This document shows, one piece after another, positions 62,636 to 64,000 of a stretch of DNA of 64,000 nt. The DNA is from Anaeromyxobacteraceae bacterium (lineage in GTDB: Bacteria > Myxococcota > Myxococcia > Myxococcales > Anaeromyxobacteraceae). The stretch is from assembly GCA_035543235.1 (NCBI GenBank), contig DATKJV010000047.1, positions 14,298-78,297 of the forward strand. Reading direction: 5' to 3'. Below the pieces are notes generated by a model, which searched no databases, was not told the origin of the DNA, and was given only the letters and a program-made list of their open reading frames with translations. Made by a program: the position numbers and the translations under genes. The first letter of the stretch is position 1. Each line of letters starts with the position of its first letter.

Positions 62636-63078
62636 CCCACGGCGAGGCCATGGGAGAGGCGCTCGCGCTGGCGCGGCGGGCGGGGGAGGCCGGCGAGGTT
62701 CCGGTGGGGGCGGTCGCACTCTTCGAGGGGCAGATCGTCGGGCGCGGCCACAACCGCCGGGAGGGGTCGCTCGACCCGACCGCCCACGCCGAGCTCATCG
62801 CCGTGCAGGAGGCGGCACGGACCCTCGGGCGCTGGCGCCTCACCGGGGTGTCGATCGTCGCGACCCTGGAGCCGTGCGCCATGTGCGCCGGGGCGATGGT
62901 GCTCGGGCGCATCGACCGGCTCGTCCTCGGGGCGCCGGACCCCAAGGCGGGAGCGGTGGGATCCCTCATGGACCTGTCGGCCGACCCTCGCCTGAACCAC
63001 CGCTTCGAGGTGGTCCGAGGCGTGCGCGCGGACGAGTGCGCGGCGCTGCTCCGCGACTTCTTCCGGACGCGGCGCTAG
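62632..63078 (+). CDS. tadA: tRNA adenosine(34) deaminase TadA
   Basis: C-terminal 148 aa of ORF 60670..63078. 'VPVGAV', 'HAELIAV' and 'LEPCAMCAGAM'. ATGA overlap with the radical SAM stop. Confidence 0.95.
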   Translation: MTHGEAMGEALALARRAGEAGEVPVGAVALFEGQIVGRGHNRREGSLDPTAHAELIAVQEAARTLGRWRLTGVSIVATLEPCAMCAGAMVLGRIDRLVLGAPDPKAGAVGSLMDLSADPRLNHRFEVVRGVRADECAALLRDFFRTRR

Positions 63079-63091
63079 GAAGCGCCGTGCA

Positions 63092-64000
63092 TCACGGCGG
63101 CGAGAGGGCGAGGAGGAAGATGGCGCCGGAGCTCGCGAGCGAGCTCGTGAGAGTGCCCGTGTAGGCTCCCGGCGCGCCGGCGAGTTCCCAGGCGTCGGCG
63201 CCCCCCAGCGAATTCGAGCCGTTCGTCTGGTCGTCGAGGAGGGTGAACCCCGCGGACGGGGTGTAGCGGTCCGGCGACCCGTACGAGGCGGCGAGCGCGC
63301 ACACGAGCAGCATGTCGCCGGCCCTGGAGGTGGTCGCGGTGAGCCCGGCGCTGAGCGTGGAGAGGTTCGCCTGCGCGAAGGTGTCGAGGGTCGGTGCGCC
63401 GAGCACCTCCACCACGAAGAGGACGGTCTCCCACTTCGCGAGCGAGCTCGTCTTGTAGAGGCTGAAGGTGTGGCCGCTGCCGCCCTGGCAGGGCTGGTTG
63501 CAGACGAAGGCGCGGAGCTCTCCCTGGTTCGTCGCGTACGGCTGCGCCGTGCCGACCTGGGTGTAGGTGTTGCCCTGGTTGTCGCCGAGCGACAGGAACG
63601 CGTCGGCGCCGGAGATGCCCGCGCCGGCGAAGACGACGAACGTGCTTCCGGTCGCCTGGGTGGCGATGGCGGCCGTCGTCATCGGGTTCGTGCCGCGGCC
63701 GGCCACGTCGTTCTTGTAGGTGTGGGCGCCGACGGCGAGCCCGGTGACGCAGGTCCCGCCTGCGCAGACCTGGCCGCTCGCGCACGCGATCCCGCATCCG
63801 CCGCAGTTCTGGGAGGTGGCGAGGCTCACGCAGTCGGTCCCGCAGACCGCCGAGCCGGCCGGGCAGATGCACGATCCGGCGGAGCAGGTGTCCCCGGACG
63901 GGCAGGCGTTGTCGCAGGCGCCGCAGTTCGCCGCGCTCGTGGTCGTGTCGACGCAGGCGCTGTCGCAGACCGTCTCCGCGCCGGGACAGGCGCAGGCGCC
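63092..64000 (-). CDS. secreted Cys-rich-repeat (STIG1-like NCGxCxxxCxxGxxCxxGxC) protein, 5'-truncated by the window edge
   Basis: ORF 63092..63829 stays open in the same frame up to base 64000 (my translation: GACACPGAETVCDSACVDTTTSAANCGACDNACPSGDTCSAGSCICPAGSAVCGTDCVSLATSQNCGGCGIACASGQVCAGGTC...). An approximately 215-aa Thr/Ser/Gly-rich C-terminal domain of unknown family follows. Confidence 0.65.
   Translation of the reverse strand, partial: GACACPGAETVCDSACVDTTTSAANCGACDNACPSGDTCSAGSCICPAGSAVCGTDCVSLATSQNCGGCGIACASGQVCAGGTCVTGLAVGAHTYKNDVAGRGTNPMTTAAIATQATGSTFVVFAGAGISGADAFLSLGDNQGNTYTQVGTAQPYATNQGELRAFVCNQPCQGGSGHTFSLYKTSSLAKWETVLFVVEVLGAPTLDTFAQANLSTLSAGLTATTSRAGDMLLVCALAASYGSPDRYTPSAGFTLLDDQTNGSNSLGGADAWELAGAPGAYTGTLTSSLASSGAIFLLALSPP

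Noticed and set aside
1-64000. CRISPR arrays, tRNA/rRNA genes, IS elements, integrases, and phage or known defence-system genes
   Set aside because: No regularly spaced direct repeats, no cloverleaf-sized conserved RNA in any intergenic gap (all are 290 nt or shorter), and no transposase, integrase or recombinase signatures appear in any frame I read. This is a by-eye assessment only.

Overview
This is a very GC-rich bacterial chromosomal segment. GC content was not computed, but in the frames I accept nearly every third codon position is G or C. The many 300-1800-aa Arg/Pro/Gly-rich ORFs in the track are off-frame artefacts of stop-codon depletion. The domain repertoire is PATAN/DUF4388, PEGA, FHA, Ser/Thr kinase plus PP2C, STIG1-like Cys repeats and a mitochondrial-type citrate synthase. 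By inference this points to a Myxococcota (Anaeromyxobacter-like) genome. I support about 58 protein genes. They are mostly housekeeping: trmL, tsaD, rsmA, panBC, smpB, pckG, gltA, fhs, ftsH, acnA, pncB plus a nicotinamidase-like gene, truD and tadA. These are interleaved with signalling genes. I found no rRNA, tRNA, CRISPR array, transposase or integrase. The most interesting block is 39982-51669 on the minus strand. It holds a tightly packed, hyf-ordered seven-gene membrane complex whose hydrogenase-like large subunit has lost all [NiFe] cysteine ligands (Ehr-type, substrate unknown). Directly upstream, and start/stop-overlapped with it, is an HTH-PTS-EIIA(Ntr) regulator gene. Upstream of that is an FHA-GAF-nucleotidyl-cyclase gene, which is divergent from a Ser/Thr kinase. 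Other points worth a second look:
- MshEN-like tandem motifs in two PATAN proteins.
- A receiver domain whose phospho-acceptor Asp is replaced by Glu.
- An FNR/CRP-type palindrome upstream of gltA.
- Head-to-head overlapping start codons of trmL and a lipid-kinase-like gene.
- A lipoprotein gene with outlying codon usage.
All functional calls rest on motifs read by eye. No database search was run.
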